Part shown: piece by piece, positions 21,477 through 32,435 of the stretch
Position numbering within the stretch: position 1 is the first letter of the stretch
Layout: every line of letters begins with the position of its first letter
Assembly: GCA_035623825.1 (NCBI GenBank)
Contig: DASPSR010000060.1
Coordinates: 13,954-77,953, forward strand
Reading direction: 5' to 3'
DNA from: Nitrospirota bacterium
GTDB taxonomy: Bacteria; Nitrospirota; UBA9217
Length of the DNA: 64,000 nucleotides
The notes under the pieces: generated by a model
Told to the model about the DNA's origin: nothing
Database searches by the model: none
Seen by the model: only the letters and a program-made list of their open reading frames with translations
Translations under genes and position numbers: made by a program

Positions 21477-21617
21477 TTAAGAAGATCTGCGGTCTATCCA
21501 ATATCTCCTATCTTTTCCGCTTCTGCGATCAGTCCCCTTGTAGTCTGAATCACGTTTTTGCCTTCGATCTTCGCTTGACCTTCTGCTACGCACAGACCTG
21601 CGTTTTCTTTTTCCCAT
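21477..21617 (-). CDS. 46-aa Arg-rich DRR-repeat microprotein (below ORF-track cutoff)
   Basis: MGKRKRRSVRSRRSSEDRRQKRDSDYKGTDRRSGKDRRYWIDRRSS; SD GAGG. Confidence 0.7.
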   Translation of the reverse strand: MGKRKRRSVRSRRSSEDRRQKRDSDYKGTDRRSGKDRRYWIDRRSS

Positions 21618-21776
21618 AAACCCTCTTTGACACCTTGAGGCCGTTATAATTCACTCATAGACTCCATTCATAACTGCATGATACCACGAAAGTCCCCGCC
21701 GCTCGTAAGGTCAAAAACGCCCACTTCGCGCTGGTCAGGCTGCCCGTTAGGCGATCGGCGGGAAGCCACAGATGGA

Positions 21777-22427
21777 TCATAGGCGCTTGCGCAGTATTAT
21801 ATGGCAAGCGGAACGGCCGCCGGCGATGTGGTTCACGCATTCGTAGCCCAACGCCGGCATATTGATGCCATCAAACAGATGTTCACCGGCACCGAGCAGG
21901 ACTGGCGAAATTACGAAATGCAGTTCGTCAATAAGTGCGGCGCGCAAATATTGTCGAATCGTAGACACGCCTCCACCAAGTCGGATGTCGCGGCCGCCTG
22001 CCGCATCCCTCGCCTGCTTCAGAGCGGCGTGGATACCTTCGGTGACGAAACGGAACTCCGTGCCGCCCGCCATCTTGATCGATGCTCGTGGGTGGTGAGT
22101 CAGCACGAAAACGGGAGTGTGATACGGCGGTTCGTCACCCCACCAGCCTTTCCAGCTGTCGTCCGGCCAGGGGCCACGCACCGGACCGAACATGTTCCGC
22201 CCGAGAATCCACGAGCCGATCCCGACGAAGCCTTCCTCCGCCATATCGTCATCTACGCCCGTTTCGCCGCCTTCATTGCCGTGCATCCGCTGCCAGGTGC
22301 GCGTATGGAAGAACCAATCAAACAACGCCAGGCCGCCGACTCCGAGCGGATTCTGGAGGTCCTGGTTCGGCCCGGCACCGTATCCATCGATTGAGATTGA
22401 GAAGCTGTGCACGCGTAGTTTCGACAT
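21777..22427 (-). CDS. Dihydrofolate reductase / RibD C-terminal family protein
   Basis: SISIDGY, LGRNMF, PVFVLTH, GGGVST, IDEL..SPVLLG. Confidence 0.9.
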   Translation of the reverse strand: MSKLRVHSFSISIDGYGAGPNQDLQNPLGVGGLALFDWFFHTRTWQRMHGNEGGETGVDDDMAEEGFVGIGSWILGRNMFGPVRGPWPDDSWKGWWGDEPPYHTPVFVLTHHPRASIKMAGGTEFRFVTEGIHAALKQARDAAGGRDIRLGGGVSTIRQYLRAALIDELHFVISPVLLGAGEHLFDGINMPALGYECVNHIAGGRSACHIILRKRL

Positions 22428-22532
22428 GCCCTTCCCCTCCGATCTCGGCTTGGGGACTTAAGCGTTGCACGGTCGCCGTCGAACAGGATATTTATTCACT
22501 TCCCACCTTACTGCAAATTCCTGATCACTTGC

Positions 22533-23186
22533 CTACTGCTTTTTGAACGCAATATCCGCAAAGTAGCTCTCCGCCGATGTCCCGGTGTGCTGGGAATTGA
22601 TCTGAAGCCGCATGCCGCTTGCCGGGGGAGGTTCCTCGCCAAAGAAATTCTTGAAATCATCATATACGTTCCGGGTCTCCGTAACCCACGTCCCCGTGCC
22701 GGCAGCGCCTGATCGCACGACTACCACATGGACGTGCATGAAAGGAACGGGCGTCGTGTCCTTCGTTAGACCCTGTGGTGCGCTCGTGGACCAGATGTAG
22801 ACGATAGACTTAGTTTTGGTGAACGCGATGAAGAGCTGAGCGGCTTGGTCATCAGTCTTCGATTTTCTGAAATCCCCTCCCTCTGGCAGCTTGGTTACCT
22901 TCCACTTCCAGGTGAGCACCGGAAACTGTTTGAGGTCCACGTTGATCTCTTTTTGGAGGGAGAAAGACGTGTTTGCGCTACGGAACCGGACGGCCGAGAT
23001 GTCGCCATCCTTGACGACAGCGAAATCCGCCTTGCCGTATTTTTCCTTGAGCTGCCACCCGGCGGGAACGCCGCCAGCATCGACTCCGCGCGAAAAATCC
23101 GCGATCACTACGCTGTTTTCAGCCCAAACCGGTCTGACAAAAAACAGGACGGCTACCAACAAGATTTTCGATATACGTGTGAGCAC
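22533..23186 (-). CDS. DUF3047 family exported protein
   Basis: Signal peptide, LTWKWKV, DDQAAQL, IVYIW, WVTETRN. Confidence 0.82.
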   Translation of the reverse strand: MLTRISKILLVAVLFFVRPVWAENSVVIADFSRGVDAGGVPAGWQLKEKYGKADFAVVKDGDISAVRFRSANTSFSLQKEINVDLKQFPVLTWKWKVTKLPEGGDFRKSKTDDQAAQLFIAFTKTKSIVYIWSTSAPQGLTKDTTPVPFMHVHVVVVRSGAAGTGTWVTETRNVYDDFKNFFGEEPPPASGMRLQINSQHTGTSAESYFADIAFKKQ

Positions 23187-23540
23187 AGATCACCTCCATA
23201 TAAAAGAAAATCCCACATGTTGCGCTGTTAGTTGCTGTATAAAATAAAACGGATGCGGTTTCCACTCCCGCATCTATTGTTGACTGAATCTCTCCTAACA
23301 TCTTCAACGTCTCGTTATTCTAAAACCGTTGACATCCATTCCGCTCTAACGAACAGCTGACGTAGTCAGGGTCTATGAAGAGAGGGGTATTTCGGACTAA
23401 ATGATTAGAATATAGCAAATATCAAGAAGGAGTGCCGATAATTTAAGGCTGAGTAGTGCAGAAAGTTGCAACCAATAAACTCAAAATCCGACAGGAAACT
23501 ATACGTAATAGATGAAAATGCGTATCGACGGCAGGCCATC

Positions 23541-24473
23541 TTAATTCAAATATTTCTTGGGATTCACAGGCACTCCGTTCAATCGTACTTCATAATGGAG
23601 ATGCGGTCCAGTGCTCGACCCGGTATCGCCCACATAGGATATGACGTCCCCTCGTTTGACCCGCTGCCCCACTTTCACGTTGAGCCTGGAGTTGTGTCCG
23701 AAAACGGTCTTGATTCCGTACCCATGGCTGATTTCAACCATATTGCCGTATCCGGGGCTGAAACCGGCTTTGAGCACAACACCGTCGGCCGGCGCTACGA
23801 CCGGCGTTCCTGTCTGTGCTGCGATATCTAAGCCTTCATGGAACGTGAGTATGCCGCTGAACGGAGAGGTACGTTTGCCGAAAGGAGATGTGACCCAGCC
23901 CCGGACAGGCCATACTGAAGGTGTAGAGGCATAAAGCGAGCGCTTGTCTTCAAAGTATTCGATCAGCGTTTGAAGGCTGGTTTCCTCCTTTGAAGCAGCG
24001 CCCTTCAACTCAGACAGCTGGTTATGCATTTCCTTGAGCGCTTCATCCTGCTTCTTTTTGCCCAGATGGGCAAGGTTCTGAAGCCTTGTTTCCTCGGGGC
24101 CTCCTATGCCGATTACCTGACTGGCCCGGTCCCGGGGACCGAGACTCACGACACGGCGAAGCTTGGTGTCAAGGTCGCGCAGAAGGAACATCTGCCGCTT
24201 GTAATCCATGAGATTGAGCGCAAAGCCCTGGACCTGTGCTTTTTGCTGCATCAACTCTTCTCGGACGGAACGAAGTTCCATGACTTTATCTTTGACGTCG
24301 TTGTATTCATAGAAAAGATACAGAGAAAGCAATGTCAAGGCTACTATAGAGAAGAGGACGGTTTTAAGCACCGGTTTAGATATGCTCATCGTTCGGACCC
24401 TTTGATTCGGTCCTGGAAGGAACATGAAAGTATAATATTCTTTTCTGTTGAGCCTGCTATATTTTGTTGACAT
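23541..24473 (-). CDS. M23 family metallopeptidase with TM anchor and coiled coil
   Basis: HEGLD and GPHLHYEV motifs; start uncertain (24473 or 24503). Confidence 0.92.
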   Translation of the reverse strand: MSTKYSRLNRKEYYTFMFLPGPNQRVRTMSISKPVLKTVLFSIVALTLLSLYLFYEYNDVKDKVMELRSVREELMQQKAQVQGFALNLMDYKRQMFLLRDLDTKLRRVVSLGPRDRASQVIGIGGPEETRLQNLAHLGKKKQDEALKEMHNQLSELKGAASKEETSLQTLIEYFEDKRSLYASTPSVWPVRGWVTSPFGKRTSPFSGILTFHEGLDIAAQTGTPVVAPADGVVLKAGFSPGYGNMVEISHGYGIKTVFGHNSRLNVKVGQRVKRGDVISYVGDTGSSTGPHLHYEVRLNGVPVNPKKYLN

Positions 24474-24918
24474 AACCGTACCCTGGGAAAAAATCAGCGA
24501 CAATCAATAGCTGGGAGGTGTCAGGATGCCGCCTCGACTGCTCATTGAGTCCCAGACAGTCTTGTTTTTCCCCGCACAACAGATCTCAAGGGAACACTTC
24601 ACTAATCCACCCATTCTTGAACATTCGGGGACGTATATCTTTTCGGACACATTATTCAAATTCTTTAATAACTTATATCGCTATACTAAGTCTTAAGGAT
24701 TACTGATGAGAGAAGGTCGATAGGGCGGCTGGAAAGGCTCTATTTTCACTGACATTTAATACTTACACGGGGACGGCAATCGCCCGACATTTGCTTTTAC
24801 AACAATAAATTACATAATATGCGCTCTGCATGTTCCGAGATGACAGTCTTTGAACCTGCGCACTCAAGAGCATGTGAGAGAGAGTGCTTCTATGACCGAA
24901 ATTATCCATCATTCTTGC

Positions 24919-25647
24919 CTATGGGCATTTCTCTTTCATTTCTTCGTCCCTACTAAGCAAGGCCAGCAATAACAAAGCTCCGGTCCACAGACAGAAAAAA
25001 GCTGCCCGTTGTCTCAACCCGCTGGCCTTGCCTATAATCCCTAAATATTTCGGCCATGGATGCGATTTGGCTACAAGGGCAAGCGGTCCGGTAGTCGCAA
25101 TAATGGCGCCTACCTTGTGGATCTTCGTGGTTTTTGCCATCAACACCACTAGCCCCGCTGTGATCGCGGCAACGACGGATCCTGTGAAAAACAAGAACAA
25201 CCCGACATCATGTAATGCCTGTTGACGGATAACATCAACGTCAATATTTTGCAGTATAATTCCACCTGGTATCGTTTCTTTGAAGGAGACCAAGAGGAGT
25301 AGCCCGGACACTGAAACGCCGAGAATCATCGATGTGATCTGGCCGAGGGGAGTTCTTCCGAATTCACAATGTTTCGCAAATGAGATGCCGATGCAGGCTA
25401 GCGACATGGCGGACAGTAAAATGGAGGCCGTGATCCAATTGGAATGGGGGGCATACGAGGCATATGTACTGATGTGATCGCGCGTCCAGTTCAGCTCGTG
25501 CGAACCCAAGTGACCGACTATCATCGTGACCGGCGCGAGTAAAAGGGCCAGCCATGAAATGATTAAGACGACATGAAGACGCATGACTCGCTTCAAGAGC
25601 GATTGTGCTATTTGATTATCATGATCATCGAGTTTCATGGCATGCAA
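24919..25647 (-). CDS. DUF998-like multi-TM membrane protein
   Basis: W..DHISTYA, six hydrophobic segments, GLRQRA near C-terminus. Confidence 0.65.
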   Translation of the reverse strand: MHAMKLDDHDNQIAQSLLKRVMRLHVVLIISWLALLLAPVTMIVGHLGSHELNWTRDHISTYASYAPHSNWITASILLSAMSLACIGISFAKHCEFGRTPLGQITSMILGVSVSGLLLLVSFKETIPGGIILQNIDVDVIRQQALHDVGLFLFFTGSVVAAITAGLVVLMAKTTKIHKVGAIIATTGPLALVAKSHPWPKYLGIIGKASGLRQRAAFFCLWTGALLLLALLSRDEEMKEKCP

Positions 25648-25688
25648 CGAGCATTGGTTTCATAAGCTTGGACAAAAGATGGAATCTG

Positions 25689-26483
25689 TCATTTTGTTGC
25701 GCGATGCTTAAAAAACGTTATTGTCTCATTTGCTACGATATCCCGCTGGTTATCTATGGGCAACATGTGATAGCAGTCATCGAGAAGCACCATGCGCACC
25801 TCGTGAGCTCCTATGTGATTGCGCACATATAGCGCGTTTTTTTCACTGGCGAGGTCATCCTCCCGTGAGTGGAGAATGAGAGCCGGCGTCAGCACTGCAG
25901 GCACAATTTTCTTCGTTGCCCTGATCAGTCGGTATAATTCACGCATGCATGAGCCAGGAACGCTTTCGTGAGCTATAGAGCCGTGACGCATGCCCTCGAC
26001 GATCCGGGTTCGAAGAGCTTGATTCTTGATCCCATACGGTTCCCGTTCCTTGAATGCATAGATGTGGTGCGCCGGGGTAGTGTAAATAAGGGGCAACAGA
26101 AATTTATACCACGGAAGACCCCATCCATCGTAGGAGAGCGTTGTCGAGATCAATGAGATTGCAGAAACTCCATCTTCGTATTCGGCTGAGAGGCAGAGTG
26201 CCAATAGCGCACCCATGCAGAGGCCGGCCACGGAAACGGTTGCATGCGTTCGCTTCAATTCTTCAAACGCTTCGCGAACGGTCCGGTACCAATCCTGCCA
26301 TCTGGCTCGCTTCAGATCCTTGAGTGTCTTCCCGTGGCCTGCCAGACAAGGCCCCTTCACAGTGAACCCCGCCCGGTGAAGTTGCCTGGCCAGGTATTTC
26401 ATCTCGAAGGGGCTGCCGGACAGACCATGAATCAGGAGAACGGCGTCGTCTCCGCCCCTCATCTCTATTTTATGCTCACTCAT
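25689..26483 (-). CDS. Alpha/beta hydrolase, carboxylesterase-like
   Basis: LIHGLSGSP, GHG, GLCMG nucleophile elbow (Cys in place of Ser), HSREDD, CYHM. Confidence 0.85.
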   Translation of the reverse strand: MSEHKIEMRGGDDAVLLIHGLSGSPFEMKYLARQLHRAGFTVKGPCLAGHGKTLKDLKRARWQDWYRTVREAFEELKRTHATVSVAGLCMGALLALCLSAEYEDGVSAISLISTTLSYDGWGLPWYKFLLPLIYTTPAHHIYAFKEREPYGIKNQALRTRIVEGMRHGSIAHESVPGSCMRELYRLIRATKKIVPAVLTPALILHSREDDLASEKNALYVRNHIGAHEVRMVLLDDCYHMLPIDNQRDIVANETITFFKHRATK

Positions 26484-26893
26484 GCTTCCCCACAATTAGC
26501 ACCGTAACCGTACGGCCAAATGCGAATGAAATCGATATGACATTTCTAATGGGCAGGCCCGTCCCGGACCTACCCGGAACATAATCAAGGTTGCATTCTT
26601 CTTACGTGTCTGCCGGCTGCCAATTGGCAACCGATTTTACAACAGATTATCAAATGTGTAAAGAGTTTGTAGGCGAATAATGGTCTCACTGCAGCTAACA
26701 TAAATAGCAGCGGCTGCGCTTGCACGAGCGAAGTGTCACGCATGGACGGAGGGAACTGCCTAAAAAACATTATTATGGCATAAGCTCAAGGCGCACCAAG
26801 CAACCTCGGCCTCGAATACGACCACATGACAACCCGCATTCTCTCGTCCCTTTCTATCCAACATTAATTTTAGTCTCTGTCTTTAAATACCCG

Positions 26894-27490
26894 CTAGAGG
26901 AACAGGTCGAAATGTATCCTCTCTCCGGTCTCCACATTCGTGACGCCGATATACATCTTCATGGTGCCTTCTCTAAATAACTTTCTTATAATAAAATTAC
27001 CGGCATCTTCTTCATTTTCTTTAATTTTAAAGAACATTACCCCCTGGTAACTCTCCTGGGGGGTCAGCGCGGTCTCTTGCAGAGCCAGACTCGAGAAATA
27101 AGCATTGACCTGCCGGCCGGTCTTGGCCGATATCCGTGAGTGCAACTCTTTGGCCACCTCAACAACCGTCTCGACGGGCATTGGATCAATTGCCTCATTG
27201 CCCTTCAAGAGCATAACATCGGAAGGTTTGATAATGTACCGACCTTTGCCGTGATTAGAAAAGATAATATTGACCGGCAGAATCTTCACTTTTAACAGGT
27301 CAGCCCCGAAATACGTCACGACCCTTTCGCGATCTGTGATCCCATCGACAGCAGCAGTGACATCGTCTCTCGTCAGAGATCTGGGATACAGGTCAGCATT
27401 TCGAAGCGGGATCTGGACGACCGTATACTCGGTGGCACACCCTGTGAGACCTAAAAAGGAGATCATCACAAGTATGACGAGTCTACGCAT
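26894..27490 (-). CDS. Hypothetical lipoprotein
   Basis: Lipobox LTGC. Confidence 0.75.
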   Translation of the reverse strand: MRRLVILVMISFLGLTGCATEYTVVQIPLRNADLYPRSLTRDDVTAAVDGITDRERVVTYFGADLLKVKILPVNIIFSNHGKGRYIIKPSDVMLLKGNEAIDPMPVETVVEVAKELHSRISAKTGRQVNAYFSSLALQETALTPQESYQGVMFFKIKENEEDAGNFIIRKLFREGTMKMYIGVTNVETGERIHFDLFL

Positions 27491-27746
27491 ACTGCTTACC
27501 TTCCTTTAATTACGCATTGTTTTTTACACGCCACTATTTTAATTTTAGCATAAAAGAGACATCACTAGGGTTTATTGGGGTATTGAAAGATATGATACGT
27601 TGCATGCGGGAAAAACCAGACAAACCTGTTGGCTGTTGTGAAAGGATCGACCGAATTTCGCCCGTATAAGTGCGGCTACACTTCGTAGGAAACAATCAAT
27701 GCCCCTGAGCATCCTGTTCTGCTGCTTGCAGATGACTCATTTATGA

Positions 27747-28538
27747 CTACTTGTCCTCATTTCCAGAAGTCTTGCGCGCGGTAAAAAAGAGCCTTTTAAA
27801 TGGATAAAGGATTCTCCCATCACGTTGGAGCGGATAGGCCTTTTGACAGTCAGTCAACACTTCCTTTTTAAATTCATCTCTGCTCTCACCATCCGGCAAG
27901 CTATCCAGAAACGGCTTCATCGCCGTGCCCTTATACCAGTCGATCAGCTCCTCATGGGATTTCATGACATGATAATAAATTGTTTCCCATATAACGATTT
28001 CCTTCGTATACAAAGCCAGCTGGCCGTAATAATAGTCGGCACTATGATACGTTATGGAATCTTCGCGGCCGGTAGTGAACGCACTCCACTTCCCGCTCCT
28101 CGAAACACGCAGTATCGATTTATATAAGGGAGACTCCTGGTTTGCCGGAACCTGGACGGCCAATATGCCCTTATCATTTACCATCTGAAATAGCCGATGT
28201 AATAAGATATCGTGTCTCGGGATCCAATGGATTGCAGCATTGGAAAAAACGATATCATAAGTGAGGCGAGTCGATAAAGTGGCGGCGTCCGCGACGACCC
28301 ACTTCTGGTGCGGATAGTCTTGCCGTGCTCTTTGTATCATGGCTTCTGAACTATCGATTCCAAGGATATCCGCATGGGGCCATCTTTTCAGTAATATTTG
28401 AGTGCTATTTCCCGGGCCGCATCCTATATCAATAATGGTCCTGGGATCATCCATCTGGATTCGGGCAACCAGATCTATCGAGGGTTGTGTCCTTTGAGGC
28501 TTGAACTGCAGATACTGATCCGGGTCCCATGCACGCAT
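27747..28538 (-). CDS. tam: Trans-aconitate 2-methyltransferase-like
   Basis: WDPDQYLQF..RTQP, DIGCGPGNST, NAAIHW, AVQVP, YPFKRLF. Confidence 0.85.
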   Translation of the reverse strand: MRAWDPDQYLQFKPQRTQPSIDLVARIQMDDPRTIIDIGCGPGNSTQILLKRWPHADILGIDSSEAMIQRARQDYPHQKWVVADAATLSTRLTYDIVFSNAAIHWIPRHDILLHRLFQMVNDKGILAVQVPANQESPLYKSILRVSRSGKWSAFTTGREDSITYHSADYYYGQLALYTKEIVIWETIYYHVMKSHEELIDWYKGTAMKPFLDSLPDGESRDEFKKEVLTDCQKAYPLQRDGRILYPFKRLFFTARKTSGNEDK

Positions 28539-28711
28539 TTGCCATCTCGAGAAGTTCAAAATAAATTATACTGCTTGAGCGTTGCCATCCTTAAGCGAAG
28601 TTTTTGACGTCGCCAGCACTCGCAACTGCAAGTTCTGCCGGAGGTACTTCGCTTCACGCATGCATCTGAAAGACGCTTTTTGCTCCGCTTGAATTAATCG
28701 AACGGAATGGC

Positions 28712-29431
28712 TCACCTGCTGAGATACTTGTCGATAAGGTCTTCTACCCCCTTGCGGAGCAGCCGCTTGCCCTGAGTCCTGGCAACGGCTTTTGCAGTCT
28801 CTTCAGCCAGAGTGGTGGCCATTAAACGCGCGATCTCCGAAGGAGTGGCGCCACCGTGCTTGCCGATATCGGTCAGTTCAAGGCGGGGCAGCTCGACGGT
28901 ATAAGGCTTATCCACAAGTTTTGCAATTCGCACGTGGACCATCCCCTTTTCGAACACCAGCTTTTTGACGTTCAGCTTGATCGCTTTGCCCCTGGAGCTT
29001 TGCTGCGGCTGCTCTTCCGAGGGGGAACCTGAAGGTGTCAGATTCTGCTTCATAACATCGACATTTGTTGTTCCGTTTTCCTTCATTTCATAGAACACTT
29101 CGGGACCGGAAATCAAGATATTGTCGATTACAATGGGCCTACTCTTGACGGAGCGAGGCTCGATCTGGACTGCTATGTCGTCAAGCGTAATTATGAAGGG
29201 AAAAGAAAAACCGGCAGGATTGGCGACCTTCAATCCGAGGACAGCGCCCTCGCCGTTCCTGAGCTTTATTTTCACAGCGGATACCCGGACGTCCGTTTTC
29301 GTTGCCTGAGAGCCGTATTTTTCTATCGCTGCTTTTACGATGGAGTTGAGGTTCGTGAGAACGTAGACTGCGGTGCCAGCGATGGCCAGAATCAGTGCTA
29401 GGACTATGAAAATAATAAATTTCCTTTTCAT
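28712..29431 (-). CDS. AsmA-like/DUF748 membrane-anchored protein
   Basis: N-terminal TM, LKVANPAGF, IGKHGGAT. Confidence 0.65.
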   Translation of the reverse strand: MKRKFIIFIVLALILAIAGTAVYVLTNLNSIVKAAIEKYGSQATKTDVRVSAVKIKLRNGEGAVLGLKVANPAGFSFPFIITLDDIAVQIEPRSVKSRPIVIDNILISGPEVFYEMKENGTTNVDVMKQNLTPSGSPSEEQPQQSSRGKAIKLNVKKLVFEKGMVHVRIAKLVDKPYTVELPRLELTDIGKHGGATPSEIARLMATTLAEETAKAVARTQGKRLLRKGVEDLIDKYLSR

Positions 29432-29671
29432 TGGCTCAGATCCTCAACATCCGTCGTCCAATACTGCCATATTTTTTCATGAATATATACCTAACCATGC
29501 GATATATCAATAACTATTCACGGCCATTTACCAGGCATGCGTCAATGAATATCGCCTGAGCATTTAATTCGACCGATTCCCTTTGCTATAATTCAAATAT
29601 AAACGTTCCAGCACTAGGGCACAAGTCCTCTCAGTGCCGGCTTTTATTTCCGGCCCGCTTCAGGAGTTGAT

Positions 29672-30814
29672 ATGTTTATGCTCGTATTCATCATGGGTGT
29701 CGCTATCATCCTGATTGTCTTGTGGGATGCCTTCGAGACGGTGGTTTTCCCGCGACGGGTAACACGGCGGATCCGGCTCGTGCGCCTTTTCTACAGGACA
29801 TCCTGGCGCCTTTGGCGCGCGACCGCACGCGCCGTATCAAAGGGAAAGCAGCAGGAAAATTTGCTGAGCTATTTCGGCCCGCTTTCGCTCCCCCTGCTGC
29901 TGGGTTTCTGGGCCTTCATGCTGATCTTCGGTTTCACGTTGCTCTACTGGGCGCCCGCCCACTCTCTCAAAACGCCGGAGGGGACTGTGAGCTTCGGCGC
30001 GTGCCTGTACTTCAGCGGGACCACGTTCTTCACGCTCGGCCTGGGAGACATCGTCCCCCTTACCTCTACGTCACGGGCTCTCATCGTGCTCGAAGCGGGG
30101 ATGGGGTTCGCCTTCCTTGCCATTGTGATCAGCTATCTGCCAGCGCTCAACCAGTCCTTCTCCCGCCGCGAAGTCAACATCTCGCTCCTTGACGCGCGTG
30201 CCGGATCGCCCCCAACGGCAGCGGAAATGCTGCGAAGGCACACGCAGGGCAATGCCATGGAGGCGCTTACCCAGCTTCTCCGTGAGTGGGAGCGTTGGTC
30301 CGCCGAACTGCTCGAGAGCCACCTTTCTTATCCGGTGCTCGTGTATTTCCGGTCCCAGCACGACAACCAGTCCTGGCTGGCAGCGCTCACATCCATCCTC
30401 GATACGAGTGCGTTCGTCATCACAAGCCTGGAGGGTGAGTGCACGCGCCAGGCCCAGTTGACCTTTGCCATGGCGCGTCATGCGATCGTTGACCTCGCCC
30501 TCGTCCTGCGCACGCCTCCCCGAGAACCGGACAGAGACCGTCTTCCGCCAGCAGATCTGGACGCCATACGCTCTCTTCTCTCGTCAGAGGGGCTGAAACT
30601 GCGGAAAGGGACTGAGGCAGATGAGAAACTGAAAGAACTGCGCCGAACGTACGAACCTTATGTGTATTCGCTGTCGCAACGCCTGCTCCTCTCTGTCCCG
30701 CCCTGGATACTCGGGGCGAGCGGAACCGACAATTGGCAGATAAGCGCATGGGGGAAGAGCAGCGCGTTCAGGAGGGCAGCTCAATCAAAGCGGCGCGATG
30801 AAGGACATTTTTGA
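29672..30814 (+). CDS. Two-TM pore potassium channel family protein
   Basis: LYFSGTTFFTLGLGDIVP pore signature; ESHLSYPVLVYFRSQH. Confidence 0.85.
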   Translation: MFMLVFIMGVAIILIVLWDAFETVVFPRRVTRRIRLVRLFYRTSWRLWRATARAVSKGKQQENLLSYFGPLSLPLLLGFWAFMLIFGFTLLYWAPAHSLKTPEGTVSFGACLYFSGTTFFTLGLGDIVPLTSTSRALIVLEAGMGFAFLAIVISYLPALNQSFSRREVNISLLDARAGSPPTAAEMLRRHTQGNAMEALTQLLREWERWSAELLESHLSYPVLVYFRSQHDNQSWLAALTSILDTSAFVITSLEGECTRQAQLTFAMARHAIVDLALVLRTPPREPDRDRLPPADLDAIRSLLSSEGLKLRKGTEADEKLKELRRTYEPYVYSLSQRLLLSVPPWILGASGTDNWQISAWGKSSAFRRAAQSKRRDEGHF

Positions 30815-31099
30815 GCGTTCCGGCATCGTCTGCGCCTGACTCGTGGACACATTAACGATAGTGAATGAGCTCTGTGGGGAGCATGCTGCATGTAACAACA
30901 GTAAGGAGGGGGAAGCAAGTACAGATGACGTCATGAGGGGGAGTACACTTCTAAGAAAAGAAGCATATCAACAATTCAGAAATTTCAGGGCTGACCGTGC
31001 ATCATACATTTCATAACGCAGCCAATGAACAAAATGGATAGGCACGACATAAACGACTTCTTTATTTTTCTATCTTCTCATTCAACCTTCATCCTGTGA

Positions 31100-31663
31100 T
31101 CATCGCCTCATACTGGATGTATTGATTGCAACCCATGCCGCAAACGCATGCATGAACGTGACAGCAAATTCCCGAGCTGATTCAACCAGGTTGCCGCTTT
31201 CATCGAATAGATTCACAGCATTCCCTATATAGGCCTCGGGCTGTTGCAGTACGGGCATATTGAGGAATACCAGCGATTGCCTCAGGTGATGGTTCGCACC
31301 AAATCCGCCGACAGCGCCGGGCGATACGCTGACTACGGCGCATGGTTTCCCATCCCATACGCTCTTCCCATAGGGACGAGAACCCACGTCTATGGCGTTC
31401 TTGAGTCCCCCGGGAACAGACCGATTATATTCAGGCGTGACAAACAAGACGCCATCATACATTTTTAAGCGTTCACGAAACTCGATCCAGGCCGCGGGCG
31501 GATTGGCCTCGAGATCCTGATTGTAAAGCGGCAGTCCTCCGATCTCTACAATTTCGGGATTTAGAGAATCGGGCGCAAGTTTCAAAAGCGCATTTGCCAT
31601 TTTTCGGTTCAATGATTCCTTGCGCAGGCTTCCTACAAAAACAGCGATTTTTTTCTGTGCCAT
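31100..31663 (-). CDS. NADPH-dependent FMN reductase (ChrR/YieF-like)
   Basis: GSLRKESLN, TPEYNRS, LKNAIDVGSRP, GGFGA. Confidence 0.92.
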   Translation of the reverse strand: MAQKKIAVFVGSLRKESLNRKMANALLKLAPDSLNPEIVEIGGLPLYNQDLEANPPAAWIEFRERLKMYDGVLFVTPEYNRSVPGGLKNAIDVGSRPYGKSVWDGKPCAVVSVSPGAVGGFGANHHLRQSLVFLNMPVLQQPEAYIGNAVNLFDESGNLVESAREFAVTFMHAFAAWVAINTSSMRR

Positions 31664-31682
31664 CGTCTCTCCTCCGAAACGC

Positions 31683-32435
31683 CTATGGCTTCGCGTCCGA
31701 GGGGAATCGTTCCAACATGGTACGAAAATCGTCATAGGAGCCGTTAAAAACGTTGAGATCGACCCGGCCTGTTATTCCGTCTACCCTGCCGTTATTCGCA
31801 TATTGCCAGAGGGTCCATTTTCTGCCGTTTGGCAACCTTGGTGCTTTGAAGATGTCTCTGATCCAGATATTATTTTTTTCGCTAAGATCCTTCAGGTATT
31901 CATTATAAGATTCATGCGTTGCATAGATGATCAGGGCCATGCCATGGGTCCCCCTGACCCTTCCCATGAAATGCAACAACTCCCTTACGATCACTTCTTT
32001 CTCGGGCCTGTTCTTACAGTTGCCGCCAAACTCCAGGTCAATGACAGGAGGAAGCGCGTTCATATCAACGGGAACAGCGGCAAGAAAATTCTGTGCCTGT
32101 TCGTCTCCGGACTTGCAAAAACTGAAAAAATGGTAAGCGCCCCTCACTAGACCTGCGCTTGCCGATTCTTTCCAGTTGCGGTCAAACTCCGGGTCCTTGT
32201 AATCGCCCCCTTCCGTTGCTTTCATGTAGACGAAATGAACCTGTTGTCTTTTGATCTTGTCCCACTCGATAGTCCCCTGATGATGTGAGATGTCGATGCC
32301 TCGCACAGGATATTGCGAGCGACCCGGATAGTTGAACCTCCAGTATCCCAAGTCGTAACTCAATAACAAAAAAGCCGCGATGGCGGCAAGGAGAGGAACG
32401 ATGAAAAGAATTCGCTGTTTCATAATCGAACGCAT
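31683..32435 (-). CDS. GH25 family lysozyme, N-terminally anchored
   Basis: GIDISHHQG, KATEG, GAYHFF, PPVIDLE, WTLWQY, VDLN. Confidence 0.92.
   Translation of the reverse strand: MRSIMKQRILFIVPLLAAIAAFLLLSYDLGYWRFNYPGRSQYPVRGIDISHHQGTIEWDKIKRQQVHFVYMKATEGGDYKDPEFDRNWKESASAGLVRGAYHFFSFCKSGDEQAQNFLAAVPVDMNALPPVIDLEFGGNCKNRPEKEVIVRELLHFMGRVRGTHGMALIIYATHESYNEYLKDLSEKNNIWIRDIFKAPRLPNGRKWTLWQYANNGRVDGITGRVDLNVFNGSYDDFRTMLERFPSDAKP

Noticed and set aside
24505-24560. Structured leader or c-di-AMP riboswitch before the M23 gene
   Set aside because: Some pairing, but none of the conserved ydaO motifs.
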